Source of the DNA: Clostridium thermobutyricum
GTDB lineage: Bacteria; Bacillota; Clostridia; Ch29
Length of the DNA stretch: 64,000 nucleotides
Assembly (NCBI GenBank): GCA_016842005.1
Contig: JAENYD010000009.1
Coordinates: forward strand, 20,315 to 84,314
Reading direction: 5' to 3'
Within the stretch, counting starts at the first letter, position 1, and every line of letters starts with the position of its first letter. Shown here one piece after another: positions 34,563 to 44,821 of this stretch. The translations under genes were made by a program, and so were the position numbers. The notes under the pieces were generated by a model. It did no database searches, was not told the DNA's origin, and saw nothing but the letters and a program-made list of their open reading frames with translations.

Positions 34563-35615
34563 TTACACCTTTATCACGTTGTATCCTGCGGATTTAAGCA
34601 GACGGTTCATCACTGCCAGGCCCATGTCCTTTTCCTCCACCGACTCTGCCAGTATAACATCCACTTTTCTCTTGTCGAATTCCCTGAGGATGCTGAAAAG
34701 ACGGGCCGCTATGGTACCCGGTGCTTCCCTGTCTCCCGCCGGGATAACAACTCCCCGGCTGTACAGCTGCCGGGTCTGTTCGGTAGCCAGGATACCCACC
34801 TTCCTGCCCTGCCCTTCCAGTTCCCGGGTCATCTGCTTTATCTTTTCCGCCACCCTGTCCACTTTTCCATCTATTATTATAACCTGGGCCTCGGGAGAAT
34901 AATGGGTATACTTCATGCCGGGAGACCTGGGGACAGAGATACCATCAATATCCGCAAGAGCAGGGTCAACAGATACATCTCCCGCCACTTCACGGATTTG
35001 CTCAAGGGTAATCCCCCCTGGCCGCAGTACCGTAACAGGCAGACAGGTGACATCTATTACCGTGGATTCCACTCCGATGGAAACCCTTCCCCCGTCAATT
35101 ATCATATCCACCCTGCCCATCAGGTCATCCATTACATGTTCCGCTACAGTAGGGCTGGGTTTTCCTGAAATATTGGCGCTGGGGGCAGCTATGGGAACCC
35201 CTGCATACCTTATCAGCAGGATGGCGATTTCATGGTCTGGCATCCTCACTGCCACAGTATCCAGCCCAGCGGTGACCTCTTCCGGCACCCGGGATGACTT
35301 ATCCATCACCAGGGTCATAGGCCCCGGCCAGAACCTGTCTATAAGCCTGACTGCACTGTCCGGCACCGACCTGACAAGCTTGTCCAGTTCCTTCACATCC
35401 GAAATATGCAAAATAAGGGGATTATCCGAAGGTCTGCCTTTGGCCTCAAATATCCTCCCCGCTGCAGCGCCGTCCAGCCCGTTGGCTCCCAGACCGTATA
35501 CCGTCTCCGTGGGAAAGGCCACAAGACCCCCTCTCCTGATGATGGCGCCCGCCCTTTTCATAATCCCATGGTCTATGTTGTTCACATCAATTTTCACTAA
35601 TTCGGTATCCAGCAT
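34563..35615 (-). CDS. sua5: Threonylcarbamoyl-AMP synthase (Sua5/TsaC2)
   Basis: FPTETVYGLGA, KGRPSDNPLI, AAPSAN, PGMKYTHY, AVMNRL. Confidence 0.95.
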   Translation of the reverse strand: MLDTELVKIDVNNIDHGIMKRAGAIIRRGGLVAFPTETVYGLGANGLDGAAAGRIFEAKGRPSDNPLILHISDVKELDKLVRSVPDSAVRLIDRFWPGPMTLVMDKSSRVPEEVTAGLDTVAVRMPDHEIAILLIRYAGVPIAAPSANISGKPSPTVAEHVMDDLMGRVDMIIDGGRVSIGVESTVIDVTCLPVTVLRPGGITLEQIREVAGDVSVDPALADIDGISVPRSPGMKYTHYSPEAQVIIIDGKVDRVAEKIKQMTRELEGQGRKVGILATEQTRQLYSRGVVIPAGDREAPGTIAARLFSILREFDKRKVDVILAESVEEKDMGLAVMNRLLKSAGYNVIKV

Positions 35616-35665
35616 GGTCCATTATCACCCCCGGAACCAGATCGGTCAATACTTTCTTCCTTATT

Positions 35666-36418
35666 CTATCTGAACTCAAGGGACAGCACTATACCCCCTA
35701 TTATCCCAAGTATAATGCCAAAGGAAGATGCCCTGCCCTTGTAAATACTCTGAGACCTGGGTATAAGCTCCCCGCAGGTAATGAAAAGCATGGCACCCCC
35801 TGCAAAGGCCAGGCAGAAAGAAATCAGCGCGGCGGACAGTTCCCCCAGCAACGAACCCGTCAAAGCCCCGAAACCCATTGGTATACCTGCCATAACCGTT
35901 GCGATGAATATCTTAACCCTGGAATATCCCCCCGCCAGCATGGGAGTAGCCATTGCAATCCCTTCCGGGATGTTATGAAAGGCTATAACTATGGCAAGGT
36001 TAATCCCCAGACGGGTGGCTGCCACCAGACCGGAACCAATGGCAAGGCCCTCGGGAAAATTATGTATGGCAATGCCTATGCCCAGCAGTACCCCCGTTCT
36101 TATGTACGCGCTGCCCGAAGGCTTACTGTCTGAAAGGTTTCTCAAAGAGATAAGCTGGTCAATAAGGGTTATTATGCCCGTGCCGAATAATATCCCTGTG
36201 ATGCCTATGGCCAGACTCCCTATCTCAAAGGCCTCCGGCAGTAAATCAAAACAGACTATCGATATCATCAGACCGCTGGACAATCCCAGTACCGCGCCCA
36301 TCAGCCTGTTGGAAGGATGACGGAATACAAAGGCCATGGCTCCTCCGGTACAGGTCCCTATGATGCCCACTGCAAATCCCAGGAAAGTAACAGCCAACAG
36401 GTAGTTCAAATTCATCAC
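35666..36418 (-). CDS. ZIP family metal transporter (ZupT/GufA-like)
   Basis: IAIHNFPEGLAIG and IAFHNIPEGIA signature helices; ELIP. Confidence 0.9.
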   Translation of the reverse strand: MMNLNYLLAVTFLGFAVGIIGTCTGGAMAFVFRHPSNRLMGAVLGLSSGLMISIVCFDLLPEAFEIGSLAIGITGILFGTGIITLIDQLISLRNLSDSKPSGSAYIRTGVLLGIGIAIHNFPEGLAIGSGLVAATRLGINLAIVIAFHNIPEGIAMATPMLAGGYSRVKIFIATVMAGIPMGFGALTGSLLGELSAALISFCLAFAGGAMLFITCGELIPRSQSIYKGRASSFGIILGIIGGIVLSLEFR

Positions 36419-36475
36419 TCCTCGGATGACAGAATGCCTGTTAATATTCTATTCTCTCCCGGTAATGCATAGCAC

Positions 36476-36856
36476 TTATATTTGATTATTTCGTTCCCTT
36501 TCCTTCATATATCTGCCGAGTTCCCCGCCCCGGACCATATCCACCGGCAAACTGAATACTATGCCGGTTCCGGGGACAGTCATGTCCCCGCCCAGCAGCC
36601 TTTCTATCTCGTCTGCGGCCTTCAGGGTCTGCTCCCGGCTTTCAACAATGCAGAAGACTGTTTTGTTATGTGTTATATCACCGCCGTCAAGATGCCTTAA
36701 TCCCCCAATCAGGAGCCTCGTATTTTCCCTTTCCACAAACCTGCCGGAGCCCATGCTGTCCAGGATGGTTGCCCCTTTGATCCCCAGTTCCTTCAGTCTT
36801 TTAACAACAGGGCCGGCCATTTCACTTTTGCTTATAACCGCAACCAGAACGTACAA
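36476..36856 (-). CDS. PII-like signalling protein
   Basis: LGIKGATILDSMGSGR, NKTVFCIV, PGTGIVFSLPV: pattern typical of the PII superfamily, without canonical GlnB T-loop residues. Confidence 0.72.
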   Translation of the reverse strand: MYVLVAVISKSEMAGPVVKRLKELGIKGATILDSMGSGRFVERENTRLLIGGLRHLDGGDITHNKTVFCIVESREQTLKAADEIERLLGGDMTVPGTGIVFSLPVDMVRGGELGRYMKERERNNQI

Positions 36857-36897
36857 AACAGACCCTCCCCAAAAATTTTTCCCTCAGCTGTATACTG

Positions 36898-38067
36898 TTA
36901 AACCCCCGGCATCTCTTCACTGCTCTCTTTACTGAAGGCATATTTGAGCAGTGAAGGTGTAACAAGAGTAGATATGAGGACCAGTAAAACCACCGAGGTG
37001 AAAACACTGTGACCTATTACCTTCAGCTTCAGTCCCAGGTTTGTTATGATGAGGGCCACCTCGGCCCTGGCAATCATTCCTATGCCTATTTCCAGGGACT
37101 GCAGCCTGTTGAAACCGGATATCCTTGAACCGATACCGCAACCCATTATCTTGCCCGCTATACCCACCAGGGTTATCACAAGGCCGAATCCCAGGGCAGC
37201 GCCAAAACCGCCCGCCTCCACCTTAAGCCCTATACTGATGAAAAATATAGGTGTGAAAAGGGAATAGGCTATTTGCTGAACATTATACGAGACCTTGTTG
37301 CGAAAGGGAGTGGAAGAAAATATTATGCCGGTAAAATATGCCCCCGTTATAGCCGCAACACCCAGTTCCTCCGCATAATAGGCAGCCATAAAGCACAGTA
37401 TTATAGCAATGGTGACAACCCTGTTCCCTACATTCACCCTGCCCGAATAGCGTACAAGCAGTTTGGTAATCAGGTATCCCGCAATGCCGAATGTGATAAA
37501 GAACAGCAGCATTTTGCCCAGTACAGTCAGTATGCCTGCATCTGCGGATGCAGGTACCACAAATCCCACCAGCAGTGTGAGCAAGATAATTCCCAGAACG
37601 TCGTCAATAATAGCCGCTCCCAGAATAGCTACACCCTGTCTTGTCCTCAGTTTATCCATCTCCCTCAGCGTCTGCACCGATATGCTGACGCTGGTAGCCG
37701 TTAATAATACGCCGATGAAAAGGCTTTCCACTATGCTGCTGCCCATTAAATATGCCGCCCCTGCCCCCATAACCAGGGGTACAAGGACCCCGAAACCGGC
37801 TATCACGGCAGAAGAACCGCTTGACTCTTTCAGTTCATCGATATCCGTTTCAAGACCGGCTATAAACATGAGGAAAACAACCCCTATATCGGCAAACACT
37901 TTTATGGTTTCGGTCTCCTGAAAAATGCCCAGTACCATGGGCCCCAGCAGCACCCCTGCAATAATCTGTCCTAGAACAGAAGGCTGCTTCAATCTGTTGG
38001 ATATCAGTCCTCCAATCTTAGCCCATAAAAGCATTACAGCCAGTTCCAGAAAAAACATATATCTCAT
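36898..38067 (-). CDS. CPA2 cation:proton antiporter (NapA/GerN-like)
   Basis: QPSVLGQIIAGVLLGP, LMFIAGLETD, ATSVSIS, GAAIIDD, GIGMIARAEVAL; no C-terminal RCK domain. Confidence 0.9.
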   Translation of the reverse strand: MRYMFFLELAVMLLWAKIGGLISNRLKQPSVLGQIIAGVLLGPMVLGIFQETETIKVFADIGVVFLMFIAGLETDIDELKESSGSSAVIAGFGVLVPLVMGAGAAYLMGSSIVESLFIGVLLTATSVSISVQTLREMDKLRTRQGVAILGAAIIDDVLGIILLTLLVGFVVPASADAGILTVLGKMLLFFITFGIAGYLITKLLVRYSGRVNVGNRVVTIAIILCFMAAYYAEELGVAAITGAYFTGIIFSSTPFRNKVSYNVQQIAYSLFTPIFFISIGLKVEAGGFGAALGFGLVITLVGIAGKIMGCGIGSRISGFNRLQSLEIGIGMIARAEVALIITNLGLKLKVIGHSVFTSVVLLVLISTLVTPSLLKYAFSKESSEEMPGV

Positions 38068-38103
38068 CTCCTACCATCGCATTAAACAAACCGCATTCAT
38101 TCC

Positions 38104-39174
38104 CTAGGATTCTACCTTTTTGAGCTTTTCCGCCTGATCACTTGTTATCAGGGCATCAATCATTTCATCTATATCCCCGTCCAGGAAATTCTCCAGCCGG
38201 TAAAGGGTCAGGCCTATCCTGTGGTCGGTAATCCTGCCCTGGGGAAAATTGTAGGTGCGTATCCGCTCGCTCCTGTCTCCTGTTCCTACCTGACTCTTCC
38301 TTTCCCGGGCAATCTCGTTCTGTCTCTTTGTTTCCTCCATATCCAGCAGCCGGGCTTTGAGGACTTTCAGGGCCTTTTCCTTGTTCTTCAGCTGGGATTT
38401 CTCATCCTGGCAGGTTACCACCAGCCCGGTGGGCAGATGGGTAATCCTCACCGCAGAATCGGTGGTATTGACACTCTGACCCCCGTGGCCCGATGAGCGG
38501 AAGACATCCACCCTGAGGTCATTGGGATTTATCTGTACGTCAACATCTTCTGCCTCGGGCAGTACCGCCACTGTGGAGGTAGAGGTATGGATCCTGCCTC
38601 CCGACTCGGTGGAAGGTATCCTCTGGACCCTGTGCACCCCGCTTTCGTATTTCAGCCTGCTGTAGGCACCCTTTCCCTCTATCAGGAATACAATTTCTTT
38701 GAAACCTCCGATATTGGTGGGATTGGAACTCATTATCTCGGTCTTCCACCCCTGTCTCTCCGCATACCTGGTATACATCCTGAAGAGGTCCCCGGCAAAC
38801 AGGGCCGCTTCTTCGCCTCCGGCCCCCGCCCTTACCTCCATAAAGACATTCTTATCGTCATTGGGGTCTTTAGGCAGCAGGAGTATCCTCAGCTCATCTT
38901 CCAGGCGCTCCTTCCTTCCGGACAGTTCGGATATCTCAGCCTTCACCATTTCCTCAAGGTCTCTGTCCAGGGCATCCCTGAGCATCTCCCTGGCATCTCC
39001 CAGTTCTTGTACCGTCTTTCTGTATTCGGAATATTTCTGCACTATCGGCTCCAGGTCCGCATGTTCCTTGACCAGTTTGGTCCACAGGGCATTATCGGCT
39101 ATTATATCCGGGTCACTTATCTTATTGTTCAATTCACTGTATTTCTCCTGGATAAAGTCCAGCTTATTCAGCAT
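38104..39174 (-). CDS. prfA: Peptide chain release factor 1
   Basis: Start reassigned to ATG 39174. [13 protein letters not shown] (PxT), [22 protein letters not shown]. Confidence 0.97.
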   Translation of the reverse strand: MLNKLDFIQEKYSELNNKISDPDIIADNALWTKLVKEHADLEPIVQKYSEYRKTVQELGDAREMLRDALDRDLEEMVKAEISELSGRKERLEDELRILLLPKDPNDDKNVFMEVRAGAGGEEAALFAGDLFRMYTRYAERQGWKTEIMSSNPTNIGGFKEIVFLIEGKGAYSRLKYESGVHRVQRIPSTESGGRIHTSTSTVAVLPEAEDVDVQINPNDLRVDVFRSSGHGGQSVNTTDSAVRITHLPTGLVVTCQDEKSQLKNKEKALKVLKARLLDMEETKRQNEIARERKSQVGTGDRSERIRTYNFPQGRITDHRIGLTLYRLENFLDGDIDEMIDALITSDQAEKLKKVES

Positions 39175-39235
39175 ACAATTCACCTCTTGAAAATACTTGA
39201 CAATATTTTATTATATCACCGCTCAATATAAAATA

Positions 39236-40111
39236 CTAGATGGCTGTTGCCAGAACCACCCTGTCCATCCGCCCCAGGTCCTTCAGAACCTTTATCCCGG
39301 CAAAGCATTTTTCATCCCTCAGCATACTGCATACATCCTCTGCCTGATTATAACCTATCTCAAGGGCCAGCAAACCGCCTTCCCTGAGAAACAGGGAGGC
39401 CCCCGATACCAGCCTCCTGTAAAAATCCAGCCCATCCCTGCCCCCGTCCAGCGCCGCCGGCGGCTCCCGCCGGACTTCCTTCTGCAGGTATGCCATTTCA
39501 CCCGAAGGTATATAGGGGGGATTGGACACAATAACATCAATACCCCTGTGCATATGAAGCTTTTCCAGAGGCGACAGCAAATCCCCCTCGACAAATTCTA
39601 TCCGGGCCTTCACCCCGTTCCTCACGGCATTCATCCGGGCCACTTCCAGGGCTTCCCGGGAAATATCGGCAGCCACCACCCTGATGCCGGGGCAGTAATA
39701 AGCCAGGCTCACGGCTATAGCCCCGCTTCCGGTACCAATATCCGCCGCCACCGGCACATACCCTTCCCGGCGGTCCTTCAGCCAGCCAATTACCGCCTCG
39801 ACAAGCACCTCGGTGTCCGGTCTGGGTATGAGGACGGATTTGTCCACATGAAAATCCAATCCCATAAACTCCTGGCACCCGGTTATATACTGAACCGGCA
39901 TGCCTGATATCCTCTCCTCCAGCAATTTAAAAAACCGGCCTCTATCCCGGGGTTCAACAGCATAACCAGGATGCATATACAGGAACTGCCTGTCTTTTCC
40001 CAGTATATAGGCCAGTATTAATTCACAATCCAGGCGGGGAGACATCACCCCTGCCTTCTTGAGCCGCTGGGTGCCATATCTCACCAGACCTGCCGCCGGC
40101 ATCCTATCCAT
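39236..40111 (-). CDS. prmC: Release factor glutamine methyltransferase
   Basis: LIPRPDTE, DIGTGSG, SNPPY, ALDGGRDGL. Confidence 0.95.
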   Translation of the reverse strand: MDRMPAAGLVRYGTQRLKKAGVMSPRLDCELILAYILGKDRQFLYMHPGYAVEPRDRGRFFKLLEERISGMPVQYITGCQEFMGLDFHVDKSVLIPRPDTEVLVEAVIGWLKDRREGYVPVAADIGTGSGAIAVSLAYYCPGIRVVAADISREALEVARMNAVRNGVKARIEFVEGDLLSPLEKLHMHRGIDVIVSNPPYIPSGEMAYLQKEVRREPPAALDGGRDGLDFYRRLVSGASLFLREGGLLALEIGYNQAEDVCSMLRDEKCFAGIKVLKDLGRMDRVVLATAI

Positions 40112-41052
40112 TACCAGGCGTCAGCCCCTTCCCGGTCCACAAGGACCCCTTTCAGGGCCTCTATCGCTACCTCCAGCTGCCCTTCATCCGGTTCCCGGGT
40201 GGTAAGCTTCTGCAGGTACAACCCCGGGACCCTTACAACCCTTGAAAGGGTGCCCTCACTGCGTCCCGCCCACTTGATAATCTCATAGGAAATACCTGCA
40301 ATCAAAGGCAGCAGCAGAACCCTTGACACTACCCTCATCAGCAGATTGGGCCAGCCCAGGAAGGAAAACATCAGTATGCTGACCACCATTACAATCAATA
40401 AAAAACTGGTGCCGCACCGGGGATGCAGGGTAGTATACTTTGCGGCGTTTTCCACAGTCAGCTCCTCCCTGTGCTCATAACAGTGGATTGTCTTGTGCTC
40501 GGCACCGTGATACTCAAACACCCGCTGGATGTCCTTCATCCTGGATATCAGCACAATATAGATGAGAAAAATGCCTATCCTCAGGAACCCTTCAATGAGA
40601 TTCAGTATTACGGGGTTTCCGGTCCCCAGCCGGGCAAACCTTATGAGAAAGGTGGGAAGTATGATAAACAGCAGGACTGCAAATACAAGGGAAAGAAATA
40701 CCGAAAAATAAATGGTTGCATTATCCGCCTTCTCTCCGAATATCTTCTCCATCACCCGGTCAAAGCGGGAAGGCTTTTCCTCTTCCAGAAATTCCACCTG
40801 TTCGGCGGAAAAGGTCAGGGCCCTGACTCCCAGCACCATGGTATCGATTAATGTGAACATCCCCCTGAATACCGGCAGCTTAAAAACCGGGTACCTTCTG
40901 GAAACATCCTTGACCGGTTCCCTGTGCACCAATATATTGCCAGGCCCTTTTCTCACGGCAATTGCCACATCCTCGGGCCCTTTCATCATGACTCCCTCTA
41001 TTACCGCCTGACCTCCTATACTTGTAGGGCAGACTTTATCACTATCTCCCAC
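40111..41052 (-). CDS. DUF1385 family membrane protein (putative metalloprotease)
   Basis: GTG 41052 with RBS GGAGGTG; IGGQAVIEGVMM, YHGAEHK, HPRCGTSF, LTTREP; usual position between rpmE and prmC. Confidence 0.9.
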   Translation of the reverse strand: MGDSDKVCPTSIGGQAVIEGVMMKGPEDVAIAVRKGPGNILVHREPVKDVSRRYPVFKLPVFRGMFTLIDTMVLGVRALTFSAEQVEFLEEEKPSRFDRVMEKIFGEKADNATIYFSVFLSLVFAVLLFIILPTFLIRFARLGTGNPVILNLIEGFLRIGIFLIYIVLISRMKDIQRVFEYHGAEHKTIHCYEHREELTVENAAKYTTLHPRCGTSFLLIVMVVSILMFSFLGWPNLLMRVVSRVLLLPLIAGISYEIIKWAGRSEGTLSRVVRVPGLYLQKLTTREPDEGQLEVAIEALKGVLVDREGADAW

Positions 41053-41082
41053 AGGTACACCTCCCATCCGCTGTCAGTTTAG

Positions 41083-41218
41083 ATAAACAGGATTCTTAGC
41101 TTCAGGCGGGGTGTTAACCCCGCCTGAAGTTTAGAAACCGTTATCCAGGGACGTAGCGCCGCTTATTATCTCCCGCCTGAAAAGGCAGGGGTATTAGCGG
41201 CGGTAGTCATCGGGTAAA
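41083..41218. repeat. Dispersed ~135-nt structured repeat, copy 3 (between rpmE and DUF1385)
   Basis: ATAAACAGGATTC..CTTCAGGCGGGG-TGTTAA-CCCCGCCTGAAG..GTTATCCAGGGACGTAGCGCC..GGCGGTAGTCATCGGGTAAA. Confidence 0.85.
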
Positions 41219-41258
41219 GCAAAAAATAGAGACTGGAATGGTTACCAGTCTGCATCTA

Positions 41259-41474
41259 TTACTCTTCATCATCGCTCAAGCCGTATTTTTTCTTGAACCT
41301 GTCAACCCGTCCCCCTGAATCGGCAAATCTCTGACGCTGTCCGGTGAAAAAGGGATGGCATTTTGAACATATCTCAACCTTCAGCTCTTCCTTTACAGAG
41401 CCTGTCTCGAAGGTTTCTCCGCACGCACATTTCACTACAGCTTTCTTATATTCAGGATGAATTTCTTTTTTCAC
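41259..41474 (-). CDS. rpmE: 50S ribosomal protein L31 (Zn-binding form)
   Basis: [29 protein letters not shown]. Confidence 0.97.
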   Translation of the reverse strand: MKKEIHPEYKKAVVKCACGETFETGSVKEELKVEICSKCHPFFTGQRQRFADSGGRVDRFKKKYGLSDDEE

Positions 41475-41520
41475 TCCTGCTCACCTCTTTCCTGTGGATA
41501 TTGCACTCTTCAACTGTAGT

Positions 41521-41549
41521 ATTATAACATATCTGCTTTTTCCCTGCAA
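41521..41549 (-). promoter_or_regulatory. SigA promoter of rpmE
   Basis: On - strand TTGCAG-17 nt-TATAAT with extended -10 TGn. Confidence 0.65.
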
Positions 41550-41652
41550 CCGTCAAAAAACCCGGGTGTAGGGAGTACATAAAATTTTCACCCGGATGAA
41601 TGTATGATATAATTATATTGCAATTATTAAAACTTTTTTGGAGGTGTAAGAC

Positions 41653-42834
41653 ATGGCAATCAGATTTGCACAGCGCATGGACGTGGTTAAAGCTTCCACT
41701 ATCCGGGAAATACTTAAACTGGCCGCCAGTCCGGACATCATATCCTTCGGCGGAGGAATGCCCGCCCCGGAACTGTTCCCCATCCAGGAAATGAAAGAGG
41801 TGTCCTTGAAGGTACTGGACGAAGACGGTCAGAAAGCCCTCCAGTATGCGCCTACAGACGGGTTTCTTCCCCTCCGGGAAAAAATCGTGAAAAGGCTGAA
41901 CAGGGTGGGTATAAAGGGCATCTCTGCCGGCAATATACTTCTTACCTCCGGGTCCCAGCAGGGTCTTGATTTCAGCGGAAAGATATTCCTCGACCCGGGA
42001 GATGCCGTGGTCCTGGAAAAGCCCAGCTACCTCGGAGCCATAAACGCCTTTAAGGCTTATGAATGCAAGTTCATAGACATACCCATGGACGATGAGGGAA
42101 TGATAATGGAAGAACTGGAAGCCGTTCTGAAAAACAATGAAAATGTCAAATTCATATATGTAATACCCGATTTTCAGAACCCCACAGGAAAAACATGGTC
42201 GGTTGAAAGAAGAAAGCAGCTGGTACATATGGCCTGCAAATACGATACAATAATTGTAGAGGACAATCCCTATTATGAGCTGAGATATGAGGGAGAAATA
42301 CCTCCCGCTATAAAGGCTTTTGATACCGAAGGAAGGGTGGTTTTCCTCGGTACCTTCTCGAAGACCCTGTCCCCCGGCCTGAGGATGGGATGGATCTGCG
42401 CCTCCGAAGAAATACTTAATAAATACAATCTTATAAAGCAGGGTTCCGACCTCCAGGTTAACTCAATGACCCAGAGAGAGATAAACACGTACCTGGAAAT
42501 GTACAACCTGGATGAACGCATAGAAATGCTTAAAGGAGTGTACAAAAAGAGAAGGGACCTGATGGTGGAAGAGATGAAGAAAAACTTCCCGCCGGAAGTA
42601 AAAATATACGTACCGCAGGGAGGCCTGTTCGTATGGCTGGAATTCCCCGAAAACGTAAATACCCTGGACCTGTTCAAGAAGGCCCTGGAGAAAAATGTGG
42701 CCTTCGTACCCGGGGACCCCTTCTATCCCAACGAGGGAGGCCAGAACACCTGCAGGCTCAGCTTTTCCAGCATGACCGAGGATAAAATCGTGGAAGGCAT
42801 AGGGAGGCTTGCAGCAGCCATCAAAGAAATGTAA
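41653..42834 (+). CDS. PLP-dependent aminotransferase class I/II (2-aminoadipate/aromatic aminotransferase-like)
   Basis: SFGGGMPAP, TSGSQQGLD, PDFQNPTG, EDNPY, TFSKTLSPGLRMGW (PLP Lys), PQGGLF. Confidence 0.9.
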   Translation: MAIRFAQRMDVVKASTIREILKLAASPDIISFGGGMPAPELFPIQEMKEVSLKVLDEDGQKALQYAPTDGFLPLREKIVKRLNRVGIKGISAGNILLTSGSQQGLDFSGKIFLDPGDAVVLEKPSYLGAINAFKAYECKFIDIPMDDEGMIMEELEAVLKNNENVKFIYVIPDFQNPTGKTWSVERRKQLVHMACKYDTIIVEDNPYYELRYEGEIPPAIKAFDTEGRVVFLGTFSKTLSPGLRMGWICASEEILNKYNLIKQGSDLQVNSMTQREINTYLEMYNLDERIEMLKGVYKKRRDLMVEEMKKNFPPEVKIYVPQGGLFVWLEFPENVNTLDLFKKALEKNVAFVPGDPFYPNEGGQNTCRLSFSSMTEDKIVEGIGRLAAAIKEM

Positions 42835-42854
42835 CATATAGAGAGCATATATAG

Positions 42855-42879
42855 GGGTGACCTGTGAGGTCACCCTTTT
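42855..42879. terminator. Intrinsic terminator between the convergent aminotransferase and citX
   Basis: GGGTGACCT-GTG-AGGTCACCC-TTTT. Confidence 0.72.
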
Positions 42880-42889
42880 CCAATGCCCA

Positions 42890-43405
42890 TCATATTTTTA
42901 TATGTCCGGCTCTGCAGGCCATGCCTCTCCAGTTCGCAATCAGACAATCCACGGCATCAAGGACCTCCTGACGGCTATGCCGCCTGCCCACTATGCAATC
43001 CACGGCATCGCGGTGGCAGACGATACACTTTCTCAAAGGCCGGCAAAGGCCCTCCCTGCTCACACCGGTAACATCAATGTCGAAAAGTCTGCCCAGGGGA
43101 TGGTTCTCTTCTATTTCCATCCCGGTTTTCTTCAGTGCCACAGGGTCTTCATTTACTACAAGAAAGGTTTCCGGCCCGTCTGCAGAACTCCTCTCTTCAA
43201 TATATTCAATGGCACCCTTCCTGTCCCCCATAGCCTCCAGGTATTCTTCCACCGCCAGCCCGCACAGCCAGTTATACTTCGGACTGTTTTTTTCTCCTCC
43301 GGGAATATTGATGGTAAAAGTGACAACAGGTCTATCATATAGGGATTCAAGCCGCTCCCGCCGGTTGGCCCTTTGTTCCCTGGCGTCCAGGATATCTTTC
43401 AGCAT
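42890..43405 (-). CDS. citX: Citrate lyase holo-ACP synthase
   Basis: ILDAREQR, TINIPG, IEENHPLGRLFDIDV, RKCIVC..C..RRH; no fused CitG domain. Confidence 0.9.
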   Translation of the reverse strand: MLKDILDAREQRANRRERLESLYDRPVVTFTINIPGGEKNSPKYNWLCGLAVEEYLEAMGDRKGAIEYIEERSSADGPETFLVVNEDPVALKKTGMEIEENHPLGRLFDIDVTGVSREGLCRPLRKCIVCHRDAVDCIVGRRHSRQEVLDAVDCLIANWRGMACRAGHIKI

Positions 43406-44821
43406 CTATATATCACTTCCCACCGGTTTGTATACCCTGTCAATAATGGTTCCATCCCGGTATTCAACCATCCCCACCACTTCATCGGTAAAAGATACCT
43501 TCCCGGGCTTTCCTGCTATTTTCTCGGCAGCAGCCTTCAGCTCTTCAATACTCATAACGGGCAGTCCGGCATCCTTGAGCCTGTCTTCCAGTTCTTTTCT
43601 CCGGGGATTCACCGCCACTCCCCTCTCTGTCACCAGCACATCAACAGTGTTTCCCGGTGTCACTCTGGTGGTGACCTCATCCACAACTATAGGCAGTCTT
43701 GACCTTAAAAGATTTGCCACTACTATTGACAGTTTTGCCCCTGCGGCAGTATCACTGTGGCCTCCAGAACCGCCCATGATTATTCCGTTGGAATCGGTCA
43801 GTACATTAACATTAAACCGGGTGTCTATCTCGGTTGCCCCCAATACCACCACATCCAGATTATCCACCGCACATCCCTTAACTCCCGGATTGGCGTAAAA
43901 AGATGCGGATACCTCCATATGGTCAGGGTTATTCTTTATGGACTTCACCGCATCCAGGTCAAAGCACTGGACATCAATCAGTTTTTCTATCAATCCCTCT
44001 TCCAGCATGTCAACAAAGAACCCGGTTATTCCGCCCATGCCGAAACTGCCTTTTATCTTCCCTTTCAGCATCTTTTCCCTCAGGTGAAAGGCAGCAGCCA
44101 GTGAAGCTCCGCCTGCCCCGGTCTGGAAGGATATCCCTTCCTTCAGCAATCCGGAAGCCTGTATTACCTCGGCAGCGTACCCCGCAATTATATGGCCTAT
44201 GGGGTCCCGCGTCACCCGGGTGGTCCCGGACACAATACCTGCGGGGTCCCCTATGGAATCCACCTTGACCACCCAGTCCACCAGCGTCTGGTCTATACTG
44301 ACAGGGCTGTTGGGATAGGGCACCAGGTAATCGGTCACTGCAATCACCTTCCGGGCGCACATGGCATCCGGAATGGCATAACCCAGGGAACCACAGGCCG
44401 AAGGGCCTTTCATCCCGTTGATGTTGCCCATGGCATCCGAGGAAGGCGCACCTATGAAGGCCACATCTATTTTCAGACTCCCCTCGTGGATGGCCCTGGG
44501 CCTCCCGCCATGGCTCCTGAAAGTAACCGGTTTATCCAGTATGCCCGCAGAAACCGCCCTGGCCAGAGGTCCTGCCATGTAGTTGGTGTCCAGCCCGGTT
44601 ATGACCCCGCTTCTTATATGCTGCACCAGATGACCGTGCACAGGAAAAAATGCGCTCGATGCCACCTTTATATCCTTTATGCCCATTTCCGCTATCGCAT
44701 CCAGTACCATATTGACCACATAATCACCATTCCTTAGATGATGGTGAAAGGATATGGTCATCCCATCCTTTAAACCGCTTAACCCTATGGCTTCCTTCAA
44801 AGAATTCACTACCTTATTCAT
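43406..44821 (-). CDS. citF: Citrate lyase alpha chain (citrate CoA-transferase)
   Basis: GMTISFHHHLRNGD, RSHGGR, CGSLGYA, QTGAGG, GGSGGHSDTA, EYRDGT. Confidence 0.95.
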   Translation of the reverse strand: MNKVVNSLKEAIGLSGLKDGMTISFHHHLRNGDYVVNMVLDAIAEMGIKDIKVASSAFFPVHGHLVQHIRSGVITGLDTNYMAGPLARAVSAGILDKPVTFRSHGGRPRAIHEGSLKIDVAFIGAPSSDAMGNINGMKGPSACGSLGYAIPDAMCARKVIAVTDYLVPYPNSPVSIDQTLVDWVVKVDSIGDPAGIVSGTTRVTRDPIGHIIAGYAAEVIQASGLLKEGISFQTGAGGASLAAAFHLREKMLKGKIKGSFGMGGITGFFVDMLEEGLIEKLIDVQCFDLDAVKSIKNNPDHMEVSASFYANPGVKGCAVDNLDVVVLGATEIDTRFNVNVLTDSNGIIMGGSGGHSDTAAGAKLSIVVANLLRSRLPIVVDEVTTRVTPGNTVDVLVTERGVAVNPRRKELEDRLKDAGLPVMSIEELKAAAEKIAGKPGKVSFTDEVVGMVEYRDGTIIDRVYKPVGSDI

